Virus record (IMG/VR): IMGVR_UViG_3300036790_000341
Span: 1-57,479 of that record
DNA: 57,479 nt
Origin: a virus
Taxonomy: Duplodnaviria; Caudoviricetes
Reading direction: 5' to 3' (one strand)
A model generated the notes under the pieces. That model ran no database searches and was not told the DNA's origin. It was given only the letters and a program-made list of their open reading frames with translations. Below are positions 24,799 through 35,029 of this stretch, piece by piece (the first letter of the stretch is position 1; each line of letters starts with the position of its first letter). Position numbers and translations under genes: made by a program.

Positions 24799-25728
24799 TT
24801 AGTACGCGGCTCCCATGTCTTCCACGAACAGCTCCCGGTTGCCGACCGGGGTGAACGCGCCCGTACCTGTCAGCTTGGTGTACGACACGCCGAAGGTGTG
24901 GGTGCCGGTGACCGTGCACAGGAAGGTCTCGCCCAGGGAGATGGTGTCGCGGCCGGCGCCACCCGCGGCCGCCGCCTCCCATTGGGACTGGGCGATCAAG
25001 GCGGAGGCCGAGGTGGGGTTGGACGCCGACTGAGAGTCCCTGATCTGCACGGAGTAGGTGTCCAGGGCGACGCCGCCGTTGCCGATCAGCCCGTTCACGG
25101 TCGCCTGGTACCGGCGTCCGCTGACCAGGGCGCACTGGTAGTAGCCCAACACTGCGTCGAACACCTCGGTGCCGGTGGTACTGGACCCGGCGGTTCCGAG
25201 AGTGCTCGTGGTGACGGGGGTGGCCATGAGCATCTGGCCCTGCGGGACCCAGTTGGCCCCGTTGTACACCATGCTGCGGCCGGTATCGGTCTCGAAGATC
25301 GTGGTGCCGGCGCCGATCGCCCCGGTGGGGCGCGTAATGGAGGTGCACGACACGTTGGACCGGTACCGCCACGTGCTGGACCCGGTCGCCACGATCAGGG
25401 CGGCGGTGTCGGTCTCGTAGGCGATCTCGCCCGCGCCGACGCCGGAGCTGGGGCGCGAGCCGCTGGTACAGGTCATCGCCTGGTGGGACATGTACGTCCA
25501 GGACGGGCTGGCCTTGGACCCGGTGTTCTGGGCGTACCGCTTGCTGTCGGTCTCGTAGACGATCTGGCCGGCGTAGGTGTTGGACGGCCGGGCCGACGAC
25601 GTGCACTGGACGGCGCCCATCAGGGCGTCGATCGTGCTGAAGTTGTTCTCGACGTGCGCACCGAAGTTGAACGTGTCGTTCAGGTCCGGCAGCAGCAGCG
25701 CGAGATTGGCGGTATTCGTGTCAGCCAC
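24799..25728 (-). CDS. Minor tail/tail fibre protein
   Basis: Three repeats of CTS..RP.....G..I(V/A/F)(Y)ETDT; Ser/Thr/Gly-rich. Confidence 0.75.
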   Translation of the reverse strand: MADTNTANLALLLPDLNDTFNFGAHVENNFSTIDALMGAVQCTSSARPSNTYAGQIVYETDSKRYAQNTGSKASPSWTYMSHQAMTCTSGSRPSSGVGAGEIAYETDTAALIVATGSSTWRYRSNVSCTSITRPTGAIGAGTTIFETDTGRSMVYNGANWVPQGQMLMATPVTTSTLGTAGSSTTGTEVFDAVLGYYQCALVSGRRYQATVNGLIGNGGVALDTYSVQIRDSQSASNPTSASALIAQSQWEAAAAGGAGRDTISLGETFLCTVTGTHTFGVSYTKLTGTGAFTPVGNRELFVEDMGAAY

Positions 25729-26185
25729 GGTTCGTCCTGCCGTTCTTCATGCGAGCACGGACTTCCTGCATCCTGCGACATGCCTCGGTCAGTAGCGGGT
25801 CGTTCGGGTCGTACGCCTTCCGGATGGTGTCCAGCAGCCCGTGGGGATCCTGGTGCGTCACCCGCTGCTTGGCAGCCGCGACCCGGGCCAGGTGAGCCTC
25901 GCGTGCTGTCTTCTCGTCGGTGTTGTACAGGAAGGTGGGATCGGTGTGGTGCAGTTCGAAATGGTGCTCGTGGATGACGACATCCAGTAGCGTGTCGAAA
26001 TCGGACGGATCGAGCCCGTATTCCGCCGACCGGTGGAAAAACGTCGAGTGTGGAATCACGTAGATCCACGGATGCGCGCCTTCCACGTCCATGTCGATAA
26101 ACCAGATCGGGTGGGTTGGAGACGACTGCTGCTCGCTCGAAGCGTCTCTCACCCGGGTGATGGTTCTCTTCTGCGGTTCAGGCAT
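25721..26185 (-). CDS. Tail-region hypothetical protein
   Basis: AGGA RBS; position. Confidence 0.7.
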   Translation of the reverse strand: MPEPQKRTITRVRDASSEQQSSPTHPIWFIDMDVEGAHPWIYVIPHSTFFHRSAEYGLDPSDFDTLLDVVIHEHHFELHHTDPTFLYNTDEKTAREAHLARVAAAKQRVTHQDPHGLLDTIRKAYDPNDPLLTEACRRMQEVRARMKNGRTNRG

Positions 26186-26194
26186 GAGAGTGTC

Positions 26195-29095
26195 CTATCG
26201 GTTCCGGAAAGCCCAGTACAGGATCGACCAGGTAGCGGGGGTGGCGGCAGAGAGGCTGAAGCCGAATCCCGTGGCGCTGACGGAGGAGACGTCGGATGCG
26301 GGGACCGTGGTGAAGGTTCCGCACGAGTAGACGGCGATCGGGGTGATGCCGCTGAACATCGTGGTCCCGTAGGACAGGCTGGCGCCGGCCGAGCCGCCGG
26401 TCAGGCTGCCGACGCTGCCGCCGATGATGGCTTCCTGCGAGGCCGGGGTGAAAGCGCCGGAGTTGCTCAGATATCCGTCCAGCTCCCACATGGATTCGGC
26501 GTTGGATGCGCTGTAGTTGAACAGCAGTTGGCCGCCGTGCGTGGAAATGATCGGGAACAGTCCGAACAGTGCGCTGATGTATCCCAGAGAGACGATGCCG
26601 CCGTTGGTGGCCTGGTTGCTTGCCAGTGTCACGCGGAGGGAGCTGCCGCCGTTGCCTCCGCCGGCAGCGGCACCTCCGACGCTGAGCTGGTCGGCGAACG
26701 TCGTGCCGCTGTTGACGTACGTGCCCGAGGTGATCGCCATGGGAGCGGTGTTGCCGTTGTTGCTCGTCGTGTTGATAAAGGCATTGTTCGCTCCGGTCAC
26801 GTCGTACATGCGGAGCGTCGGGTACTGGCCGCTGCAGTCGATGACGATCTGGTTCCCGCCGGAGATCTTGGCCAGGGTAACCGATGTGGTCGCGGTGTTC
26901 AGGTCGAATACGAGGTTGCCGGCGGAGTCGTAGCTGTGGACCCCGGTGGAGTCCATGGACACGCGCTGCCCGGCCGCGGCGGTCTCGATCACGCCGCCCA
27001 TGATGATCGACGCTGTGATGGTGCCGGCGGTCAGCTTGGAGACGTTGAGGTCGGTGATGTACGCGTTCGACCACAGGGTCGCCGTCGACCCGGCGGACAC
27101 GGACGGGTTGGACTTGTTGCCCGCCGTGTCCACCGCGATCAGCTTGATGTACATGTTCTGCGCCGGCGGCTGCCCGGGCGGGATCGCGAACGACGCCACC
27201 ACCGGGATCTGCCCGGTGATGTTCCCGATGTTCGCCTGCACGTTGCCCAGCTTCGTGCCCGACGTCGGGGTGAACAGCGGATCGTAGGAGCCGTGCACCT
27301 CGATGTGGTTCAAGTCCACCGGCTGCGTGTACGTCCCGCCGTCCGAGGTCCCGCAGTCCCACGTCACCTGCACCGACGCCATGTTCGACGCCACCGTCGG
27401 CGCGTCCGGGGTCGGCGGCGGGATCGTGTCGACGTTCGCCTGGAACGTGGTGGTCGCCGACCACGCCCCGTAGTTGGGGGGGTCCGCGGTGTCCACGGCG
27501 CGGATCTGGAAGTCGTACTCGACCCCCGGCGTGAGCTCCTGGATCAGCAGGGTGTTCACACCGCCCCCGACGAACGTGACCTTCCAGTTCGCCAGCGCCT
27601 GCGGGATCAGCTGCTTGTAGGTGCCGCCGAGGCCGGCCAGCGCGTTGTACGTGTACGCGGCGGACTGCAGCTGGTTGTACGACGGATTCTGCGCGAAGAT
27701 ACCCAGGTCGGGCCGGTACTGGATCTCGTAGTGGTCCAGGTCCGTCATGGTGGTGCCGTCGGTGTTCGCCGGCGTCGACCAGTTGACCTGGATCTGCGCC
27801 TGCGTCTTGCCGTCCGACGGACCCTGGTACACGGTGGTGGAGAACGCCCCGAACACCGGCACGCCGGGGATGGTGTTGTCCGGGATCGGCCGGGACCCGA
27901 CCGGCTCGGTGGTGGACACCAGGTTCCGGTTGTACCCGCCCACGGTCAGGTTGGTGGTGTTGCCGTCCTCGAACTGGATGTAGTCGGTCAGGTCGTACCA
28001 GTTGCCGCTGCCGTCCCGGTACGCCACCGTCATGTCGGAGGTGACCGGCCAGTCGACCTGGATCACCCGCTGCTTGGTCGGGTTGATCCGCTGGCCCCGG
28101 TAGACGATCTCGTTGCCGCCGGTGGTGTCGATGAACCCGGCGTCCGGGTCGTAGAGCCACACGTAGTCGCCGCACTGCAGCTCGCCCTTGATGTCGTACT
28201 CGGACGACGAGAGGCGCACCTGGTCGGCGGGGGTGGTGTAGGGGATCAGCGCGGCCTGCGCGGACACGGTGGCGTTGACCGAGGACACTCCGGACGCGCT
28301 GATCATGCGGGTCATCTTGACGGTGTTGCCGTAGAAGTCCGTGTAGGGCACCGACGCCCCGACGTCGGCGCTGTTCGCCACCCCCACCGCGGTGCTCGCC
28401 CCGGACCCGGAGGCGAGGACCACGACGCGGGTGGTGTAGTCCTTCACGTCCTCGATGAGCTCGGCCACGCCGTCCAGGCCGCGCACGGACATGTCCAGGC
28501 CCGGGGCGTTCGGGATGATCGCGACGATGGGGGTGGTGCGGTAGAGGGACGCGACCGGCCCGAAGTCGACGGTGGCGTTGTTGTTCGCGCGCCACTCGGC
28601 GATCTGCGTCGGCAGGGCGCCCTGGGTGATCTGGGTGGCGAACGAGGACAGGGCGTCGGCCACGGTCGACCAGATGAACGTGCCCGTGTAGGTCGCGGAG
28701 CTCGGCATCGGGTAGGTCGTGCCGACCTTGAGGGAGGACACCCCGACCAGAGTGCTGACCACGCTCGAGTACGCGGCCGACGTGAAGATCGCGCCGTTGC
28801 CGGACGACCCGGGCGTGTTGTTCCCCTCGATGACCGGGCCGACCTTGGAGCCGTTGCCGAGCCACGTGGCCATGCAGTCGCCCGAGATCACCGGGCCGCG
28901 GCCCTGGTCCTCGGTCTGGAAGTCCAGGCCGGTGATCACCCCGGTGAACCGTCCGGAGGTGAACAGCGACGGCCCCTCCAGCGCCGGGTTGTGCCGCCCG
29001 GTGGAGACGACGACGTGCTGGTAGTACTGCAACGCGTCGATGATCGTCCGGGGGGTGTCCGGCGACAGCGTCACCGACCACGACCCGGGGCTCAT
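26195..29095 (-). CDS. Large minor tail protein with fibronectin-III-like domains (possible ATT start at 29116)
   Basis: LDHYEIQYR, LTPGVEYDFQIRAVD, AVDTAGNKS, VSKLTAGTI. Confidence 0.85.
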   Translation of the reverse strand: MSPGSWSVTLSPDTPRTIIDALQYYQHVVVSTGRHNPALEGPSLFTSGRFTGVITGLDFQTEDQGRGPVISGDCMATWLGNGSKVGPVIEGNNTPGSSGNGAIFTSAAYSSVVSTLVGVSSLKVGTTYPMPSSATYTGTFIWSTVADALSSFATQITQGALPTQIAEWRANNNATVDFGPVASLYRTTPIVAIIPNAPGLDMSVRGLDGVAELIEDVKDYTTRVVVLASGSGASTAVGVANSADVGASVPYTDFYGNTVKMTRMISASGVSSVNATVSAQAALIPYTTPADQVRLSSSEYDIKGELQCGDYVWLYDPDAGFIDTTGGNEIVYRGQRINPTKQRVIQVDWPVTSDMTVAYRDGSGNWYDLTDYIQFEDGNTTNLTVGGYNRNLVSTTEPVGSRPIPDNTIPGVPVFGAFSTTVYQGPSDGKTQAQIQVNWSTPANTDGTTMTDLDHYEIQYRPDLGIFAQNPSYNQLQSAAYTYNALAGLGGTYKQLIPQALANWKVTFVGGGVNTLLIQELTPGVEYDFQIRAVDTADPPNYGAWSATTTFQANVDTIPPPTPDAPTVASNMASVQVTWDCGTSDGGTYTQPVDLNHIEVHGSYDPLFTPTSGTKLGNVQANIGNITGQIPVVASFAIPPGQPPAQNMYIKLIAVDTAGNKSNPSVSAGSTATLWSNAYITDLNVSKLTAGTITASIIMGGVIETAAAGQRVSMDSTGVHSYDSAGNLVFDLNTATTSVTLAKISGGNQIVIDCSGQYPTLRMYDVTGANNAFINTTSNNGNTAPMAITSGTYVNSGTTFADQLSVGGAAAGGGNGGSSLRVTLASNQATNGGIVSLGYISALFGLFPIISTHGGQLLFNYSASNAESMWELDGYLSNSGAFTPASQEAIIGGSVGSLTGGSAGASLSYGTTMFSGITPIAVYSCGTFTTVPASDVSSVSATGFGFSLSAATPATWSILYWAFRNR

Positions 29096-29157
29096 GATGG
29101 CCTCTGTGACCGGAATCTAGAACACCTCCCTCTGGGTGCGCCGGGGCGCCGCCGTGT

Positions 29158-30423
29158 TCACCGGCGGATGCCCTGCACGAGCTCGGACGGCGTGGCGATG
29201 TACTGGTTGTACAGGTCCGTGGCGGTGTCTCCGGTGACGGCGCCGGTGCCCCCCACGACGGCGCCGATGAAGGCGTCCATGGCCAGCACGCTGGCCGACG
29301 AGCTCAGGCCGCCGTTGGTCGTGTCGGCGGTGGTGGTGAGCGCGCTCCCGAGGATGTACTTGTTGCCGGCCGCGTCGTTCGATGTGGCCGTGATGTACGC
29401 TCCGGAGCCGCCCGTGGTGCCGTTCTCGGTCGTCCCACGCACCACCTTGAACTGGCCGGCGATCTGGGACTGCAGGTACAGCTCGACATGCCGCGCGCCG
29501 CGCCGCAGCGTCAGGTCCCCGGTGACCCGCACCAGGGACGCGGTAGACCACAGCAGCCGGGCGACGACCATCTCGGGCTCGTTGCGCAGCAGCGAGATCC
29601 CGAGCGGCACCCCGAGGGTGGTTCCCGCGAACCTCAGGTCCCATGTCTTGGCCTGGTAGGCGCCCGACCCGGAGGTGTAGCTGGCCACGTTCAGCACGCC
29701 GCCGGAGGACAGCGGCGTGATGTTGATCAGCCCGTTGCTCAGAGCCCAGTTCGCCGGGGTGGCGGGGCTGAACAGGACGCCGGAGCGCTCGATGCTGTTG
29801 CCGTCCAGGAACTTGACCCGGCCGCCCAGGTAGTTGCCGACCGCGCACCCCCACCTGGGGATCGTGGACTGCGCGGTCGGCAGGTTCAGGTACACGACGT
29901 GCGCGCCGTCCAGGCCGATGCGGGTGACCACGGTGGGGGTGTTGCCCTGCGCCGAGAAGTAGGCGTAGTGCCCGATCGACGGACTGTGCCAGCGCACTCC
30001 CGTGATGGCGAACATGTTGTTGCGGGTGGTGCCGGTCATCCGGGACTCGATGTCGACCTCGAGGTCCGTGCCGATCCGGTTGAGGTCGGCCTTCCAGGTC
30101 AGGGTGACCGACTCGCCCTCCCAGTTCTGCAGGTCGGCCGAACTGTCCGACACGATGTAGTAGCCGTTCAGCTCCGCCTTGTCCGAGAACACGACCGGGA
30201 TGAACGACGAGGCGGACCCCATGCCGAGCAGGTCGGCCTGGCGCGCGGAGAGCTGCGCGGCCGTGGAGCCCGCGAAGTCCGGCAGCGACTCCTGCCCGCT
30301 CAACGCCAGGGTGTGCCCGGTCGGGGCCGTGCTGGTGGGTGCCGCGGCCGCGGGGGAGGCGACCATGGTGGGGAGTTCCACCAGGCTCAGGCGTCCCAGT
30401 GTGATGCTGCCGAACTGGGTCAT
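29158..30423 (-). CDS. Minor tail protein (distal-tail position)
   Basis: Immediately after tape measure, TGATG overlap. Confidence 0.75.
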   Translation of the reverse strand: MTQFGSITLGRLSLVELPTMVASPAAAAPTSTAPTGHTLALSGQESLPDFAGSTAAQLSARQADLLGMGSASSFIPVVFSDKAELNGYYIVSDSSADLQNWEGESVTLTWKADLNRIGTDLEVDIESRMTGTTRNNMFAITGVRWHSPSIGHYAYFSAQGNTPTVVTRIGLDGAHVVYLNLPTAQSTIPRWGCAVGNYLGGRVKFLDGNSIERSGVLFSPATPANWALSNGLINITPLSSGGVLNVASYTSGSGAYQAKTWDLRFAGTTLGVPLGISLLRNEPEMVVARLLWSTASLVRVTGDLTLRRGARHVELYLQSQIAGQFKVVRGTTENGTTGGSGAYITATSNDAAGNKYILGSALTTTADTTNGGLSSSASVLAMDAFIGAVVGGTGAVTGDTATDLYNQYIATPSELVQGIRR

Positions 30424-33400
30424 CAGCTGGTGTCCCTGTCTACCTGGAGCAGTGCGTCGCGGATCTGTCTCGCGTAGAGCTTGGCGTTGGCGTCGAGCGA
30501 GTTGGGCTTGCTGAAGTCGGCCAGCATCTTAGCGTCGATCTTCACGGTGAGGTTCTGGATCGTGATGCCGGCCGAGCCGCCGGGGGCGGAGTTGCCGACG
30601 CGGTTGGTGATCGAGTTCAGGTTCTTGTCGACGGTGGCGCCGGCGGGCAGGTACAGGGCTTCGGGGCCGCGTTCGCCGACGACGACGACGCCGGCCTGGG
30701 TGGTGGTGCCGCCGTCGGCGAGCTGCGGGATCTGCGGCACTCCGATGGTCCAGCCGCCGAAGTGGCCGAGGGGGCCGAGGTCGATGGACGGCATCGTGAA
30801 CTGCAGGCCGTCCCAGCCGCGGATGACCATGTCGATGGCGCTCTTGAACCCGTCCCACACAACATCCCACATACCGGACAAAGCGGACGTGATGTCGCCC
30901 GGGATGCCGCGCAGGAAACTCGTCAGGTCGTTCCAGTAGCCCTTGATGTGGGTCAGGAACGTCTCGATGCTGGATGCCGCCTGCTCGACTTCTCCTGTCA
31001 TGGATGTAATGAACTTGACAAGCTCTTGGGTGGCGGGCCCGACCACGTAGTCGATCAGCTTTCCCAGCCACACCAGCAGGCTCGTGATCGGCGGGATCAG
31101 CACCTGCAGGACGGTGACGCCCAGCTTCGTCAGGATCCCCTCGATCGGCTCCATGGCGATCGCGAAGTTGAGGAAGTCCTGGATCAGCGGCAGCAGCACC
31201 GGCAGCAGCTGGATCATGGCGGCGACGATCTGCAGCACCACCGGGATCAGCATCTGGATTTGGGAGGCCAGCTGCGCTCCGATGATGTTGGCCAGCTGGA
31301 CCATCAGCGGGATCAGCGGCTGCAGGACCGACTCCATCGCCGTCAGCAGGATCTCGACGACCTGCATGATCGGCGGGATCAGCGGCGCCGCGGCGCGCAC
31401 CAGGTCGCCGATCACGTCGACCACGGTGACCAGGATCGGCGACAGGTCCTTGATCACCGGCAGCAGTGCGGCCATCAACACGTTGACAACCTGGTCGAGG
31501 ATCGGACGCAACGCCGTCAACGCCGGCCCCAGCGCCCCCGACACGGCACCGACCAGCGTGCCGATAGGACCGAGGAGATCGCCGACGAATCCGAGCACAG
31601 CCTGGATCGAGTCGCCCGCGCCGGACGCGTTGTCGGTCAGGCCCACGAACAGCTGACCCAGCCCCGACAGGATGTCCACCAGCCCGGACCCGAGGCCGCT
31701 CAAGATCGGACCGGCGGAGTTCGCCGCCGTAGTCAGTCCCTGGAACAGGTCGAGGACACCCGGGAAGACCTGCGCCAGGAACCCGAGTCCCTCCTTGAGG
31801 ACGTTGAAGAACTCCTTGACGAACGACTGGTTGGTGAACAGCCCACCGATCTGGGCGACGAACCCGCCCATCTCCTGCCCGGCCGCACCGAACATCGTCT
31901 TGATCTCGGGCAGGATCGGCTCGATGTCCTGCAGGAACTTCAGGACACCCGGCAGGAACGAGTTCTGGGCGATCGTGTCGAACCCGGTGAACATGGACTT
32001 GAGCATGTTCACCACTTCGAGGCCCACCGGGGTGAGCTTCGACAGGGCGCTCGCGGCCGCGCTCGCCCCACCGGCGCTCTGGCTCGCCGCCGCCGCCGCG
32101 GCCAACGCCTGCGACTTGTAGGTGTCGGTCAGGTTCTGCTCGGCCTTGGCCACGGCCTGCGCGGACTGCTGCGCCTGATAGGAAGCCTGCTCCTGAGCCG
32201 CGGCCTGAGCACGCTGGGCGTTGCCCACCGCCTGCACCGCCTGCTGGTACGAATACTCGGCCTGCACGACCGAGGGCAGCCCCGTCACGCCCTCCTGGTT
32301 GGCCGTGTTGGCCGACTGGGTCGCCTCGGTCGAGCGCTGCTTGGCATCGGTCAGAGCCTGCTCCGCGTCGACCAGGGCCTGCTGCGCCTGCTTCTTCTGG
32401 ATGTCGGTCGACAGCGAGTTCGCCATGACCGCGGTCAGGCTCTGCTGCGCCTGCTCGACGTTCAACTGGGCGTCCGACACCCCGTTGGCCGCGTCGGCCG
32501 CCGAGTTGTTCAGGTCCGCGATCTGGTTGGCCGCGTCCACCTTGGCCTGAGCCATCGCCGTAGCGGCCTGCCCGACCTGGTACTCGGCCTGCTGGACCTG
32601 CTGGTCGGCCGAGATGATCGAGTTCGCGGAGGACACGGCGGCCTGTGCGGCCTGCTGCTTGGCCTGCACGATGGCCTGCTCGGCCTGGGTGATCGCCTGC
32701 GCGTTCTGGAACGCGGTCTGCGCCGCCTGCGCCGCCGTCGTCCCCGCGGCTCCCGCAGCGGCCGGGGCAGCCGACAGGGCGCCCATCACGTCCTTCAGCG
32801 CCATGAACGCCGCGCCGAGCCCCATGGTCAGGCCGCCCAGGATCGCGGGCAGCGCGGCCAGCGCCGGAGCCAGCGCCACCGCCGCACCGATCAGGCCCAT
32901 CATCACCGAAGACAGGCCGCCGGCGTCACCCGCCGCGCCCTGCGCCGCGCCTCCCGTGCTGCCCAGGGAGTTCACCAGCTGATCCATGGACTGGGACAGC
33001 GACTCGGAGCTGGACCGGTTGCCCTCCATGGAGCTCCGGCTATCGTCGAGCGCTCCCCCGAGGTCGTCGAGCGCGGCGCGAGAATCGCCCATGGACGACC
33101 GCATGTCGCCCATCGAGTAGGTCAGGTCGTCGATGGAGTTGCGCAGCTCGGAGAACCCCTCCGAACCGCCCATCTCGTCGGCCGCGGCCTTGACGGCCTC
33201 TTCCTCCGCAGCCAGCTCGGCCAGCTTCGCATCGGCGTCGGCAGTATCGACGTCGACCTGGATCTTGGCCTCTTCTTGGAGCTCCTCCATCTCGGTCTTG
33301 ACCTCGGCGACGGCCTCCTGGCCGTTGATGGTCAGGCCGACCTCGACGCTCTCGCCCTCGGCCGCCTCCTTGGTGGCGGCCTCGACCTCCTCCTTCAGCC

Positions 33401-33551
33401 CGGTGTTGTCGGCCGCGATCCGGACCGACATCGTCTGGCCCTCGATGGCCTCGGCCAGCATCTGCTGGACCTGCTCGCGCAGGCCGTCGTCCTTCGCTCC
33501 GAGCTGCACGTAGGCAGTGGCGATCTGGAAGCCCTGTCCGTCGTCGCTCAC
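30423..33551 (-). CDS. Tape measure protein
   Basis: 1042 aa; IATAYVQL N-terminus, Ala/Gln coiled coil, amphipathic repeats, IPQLADGG...VGERGPE. Confidence 0.92.
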   Translation of the reverse strand: MSDDGQGFQIATAYVQLGAKDDGLREQVQQMLAEAIEGQTMSVRIAADNTGLKEEVEAATKEAAEGESVEVGLTINGQEAVAEVKTEMEELQEEAKIQVDVDTADADAKLAELAAEEEAVKAAADEMGGSEGFSELRNSIDDLTYSMGDMRSSMGDSRAALDDLGGALDDSRSSMEGNRSSSESLSQSMDQLVNSLGSTGGAAQGAAGDAGGLSSVMMGLIGAAVALAPALAALPAILGGLTMGLGAAFMALKDVMGALSAAPAAAGAAGTTAAQAAQTAFQNAQAITQAEQAIVQAKQQAAQAAVSSANSIISADQQVQQAEYQVGQAATAMAQAKVDAANQIADLNNSAADAANGVSDAQLNVEQAQQSLTAVMANSLSTDIQKKQAQQALVDAEQALTDAKQRSTEATQSANTANQEGVTGLPSVVQAEYSYQQAVQAVGNAQRAQAAAQEQASYQAQQSAQAVAKAEQNLTDTYKSQALAAAAAASQSAGGASAAASALSKLTPVGLEVVNMLKSMFTGFDTIAQNSFLPGVLKFLQDIEPILPEIKTMFGAAGQEMGGFVAQIGGLFTNQSFVKEFFNVLKEGLGFLAQVFPGVLDLFQGLTTAANSAGPILSGLGSGLVDILSGLGQLFVGLTDNASGAGDSIQAVLGFVGDLLGPIGTLVGAVSGALGPALTALRPILDQVVNVLMAALLPVIKDLSPILVTVVDVIGDLVRAAAPLIPPIMQVVEILLTAMESVLQPLIPLMVQLANIIGAQLASQIQMLIPVVLQIVAAMIQLLPVLLPLIQDFLNFAIAMEPIEGILTKLGVTVLQVLIPPITSLLVWLGKLIDYVVGPATQELVKFITSMTGEVEQAASSIETFLTHIKGYWNDLTSFLRGIPGDITSALSGMWDVVWDGFKSAIDMVIRGWDGLQFTMPSIDLGPLGHFGGWTIGVPQIPQLADGGTTTQAGVVVVGERGPEALYLPAGATVDKNLNSITNRVGNSAPGGSAGITIQNLTVKIDAKMLADFSKPNSLDANAKLYARQIRDALLQVDRDTS

Positions 33552-33566
33552 TGCCCGTGCTCCCGT

Positions 33567-33965
33567 CTACCCGCCGAAACTGAACATGTCCCCGATGTCG
33601 GAGAACCTGAGCTCCGCTGCGCTGGAGCCCACCTGCTTGCCGCCCTGCATCGGCGACGGCGGCCCCGGCAGCAGACCCGGAGCCACCGCAGGCGCAGTGG
33701 CCGCAGCCGGCCGCACCGGCGCCGCCACGGGCCCTGCGGCCGCTTCCTCCTCGCGCTCCCTCTCCTGCTGGGCCTGCATCTTGAACCTGAACTGGACCGC
33801 ACCCGGGTAGGCGATCAGCCGCGGCACCAGCTGAGCCCACCGCCTCGACCCCATGTCGTACATGTTGTCGACGCGGTGCAGCGCGGAGAGGTCCGAGGCC
33901 ACATCGCCCTCCATGTCCACCGCCCAGATCAGATCCTTCACGCAGGCCCAGATCAGGCTTTTGGG
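33567..33965 (-). CDS. Tail assembly chaperone, -1 frameshift extension (gpGT C-terminal part)
   Basis: Slippery C CCA AAA at 33959-33965 shifts into PKSLIWACVKD frame. Confidence 0.8.
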   Translation of the reverse strand, partial: PKSLIWACVKDLIWAVDMEGDVASDLSALHRVDNMYDMGSRRWAQLVPRLIAYPGAVQFRFKMQAQQEREREEEAAAGPVAAPVRPAAATAPAVAPGLLPGPPSPMQGGKQVGSSAAELRFSDIGDMFSFGG

Positions 33966-34360
33966 CCTGCGTCCTTGTCCCCCAGCAGGGCCTTGGTGCA
34001 CGCCAGCATCACCGTCTGCAAATGGGCGACCTTGACGCCGGGGAAGTTCGAGAGAGCCTCGAACGCCTCGTCGCCGAGAACATCCAGCAGGAAGTTCGCC
34101 ATCGCCGCGTTCTCGCCCTCGGTCCGGATCAGCTTGAGCATCTTCATCGCCACCCCCGCACCGCGGTTGCGGTCGATGAAGTACGGCCGGCCGTCGAGCC
34201 GGAACACCTCGGCCAGATCCGGGTGCTGGCCTGCGGCGTCCTGAGAATGCAGGTCCAGGACGTCGATCTCGGGCATCGGGATGTCCTGGACCGGCGTGCG
34301 CGCCGGGCGACGCGGCGCCGTCTTCTTGGCGGCGGTCTTCTTCGCTGGGGTGGTGGGCAT
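33953..34360 (-). CDS. Tail assembly chaperone (gpG-like)
   Basis: Between major tail and tape measure; ends GPKA over the slippery site. Confidence 0.85.
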   Translation of the reverse strand: MPTTPAKKTAAKKTAPRRPARTPVQDIPMPEIDVLDLHSQDAAGQHPDLAEVFRLDGRPYFIDRNRGAGVAMKMLKLIRTEGENAAMANFLLDVLGDEAFEALSNFPGVKVAHLQTVMLACTKALLGDKDAGPKA

Positions 34361-34396
34361 CAGGTTTCCTTGCTACTCAGGCGGAGGTCACGCAGA

Positions 34397-34972
34397 TCAC
34401 GAGAGTTGGTCGACAATATGAATGGGGCTGATGGCGGAGGACACGTAGTGGCCGTTGAACGTCACCGTGAACACGGTCTGCTTCGCCTTGTCCATCGCCG
34501 TGTCGACCTTCGCCGTCGACAGCATCCGACGGAAGATCGCCCGGCGGCGCAGCGAGTTCGGCGCATACCCGTCGATCAGCAGCGCGATGTAGGTCGGCTG
34601 CGTGGCCGACGTCGCGAACAGCGGCTCCAACGTCGCATACGTGCCCGCGGCCGACGTGGCACCCGACGTCTGGGTGGAGCCGTTGAGCGCGACCGACAGG
34701 TTGTTCAGCGTCGGCTCGGCCAGCTGCGTCGTGATGACGAACTCGCGCTTCGTCAGCCGCCGGCCGATCGAGTCGACGAGCTGGTCGACCATCAGCTCCG
34801 TGTAGGTCTGGTCGACCGACAGCGTGATGCCGTTCAGCGTGCCGCCCATGTCCGTCCACGAAGAGGACGCGGGAGCGAGGTTGACGTTGTAGTCCGCGGG
34901 CTCGGCGGCCCCGAACAGGCCCTGGTACAGCGTGCCGGGGCCCATGATCAGGTTGGTAACGGTGACGGACAC
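34397..34972 (-). CDS. Major tail (tube) protein
   Basis: NLIMGPGTLY, WTDMGGT..GI, VDQ, TQLAEPTL.NL; AGGAG RBS. Confidence 0.85.
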   Translation of the reverse strand: MSVTVTNLIMGPGTLYQGLFGAAEPADYNVNLAPASSSWTDMGGTLNGITLSVDQTYTELMVDQLVDSIGRRLTKREFVITTQLAEPTLNNLSVALNGSTQTSGATSAAGTYATLEPLFATSATQPTYIALLIDGYAPNSLRRRAIFRRMLSTAKVDTAMDKAKQTVFTVTFNGHYVSSAISPIHIVDQLS

Positions 34973-35029
34973 CGGTATCTCCTAGTCTTGGTGAGAATCC
35001 CGACAGGCGGATCGGGCGTGAACGGGTGG

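Noticed and set aside
26033-34244. Very long plus-strand ORFs (1208 aa and 1160 aa)
   Set aside because: Antisense shadows of tail and tape-measure genes caused by high GC3 codon bias; no motifs
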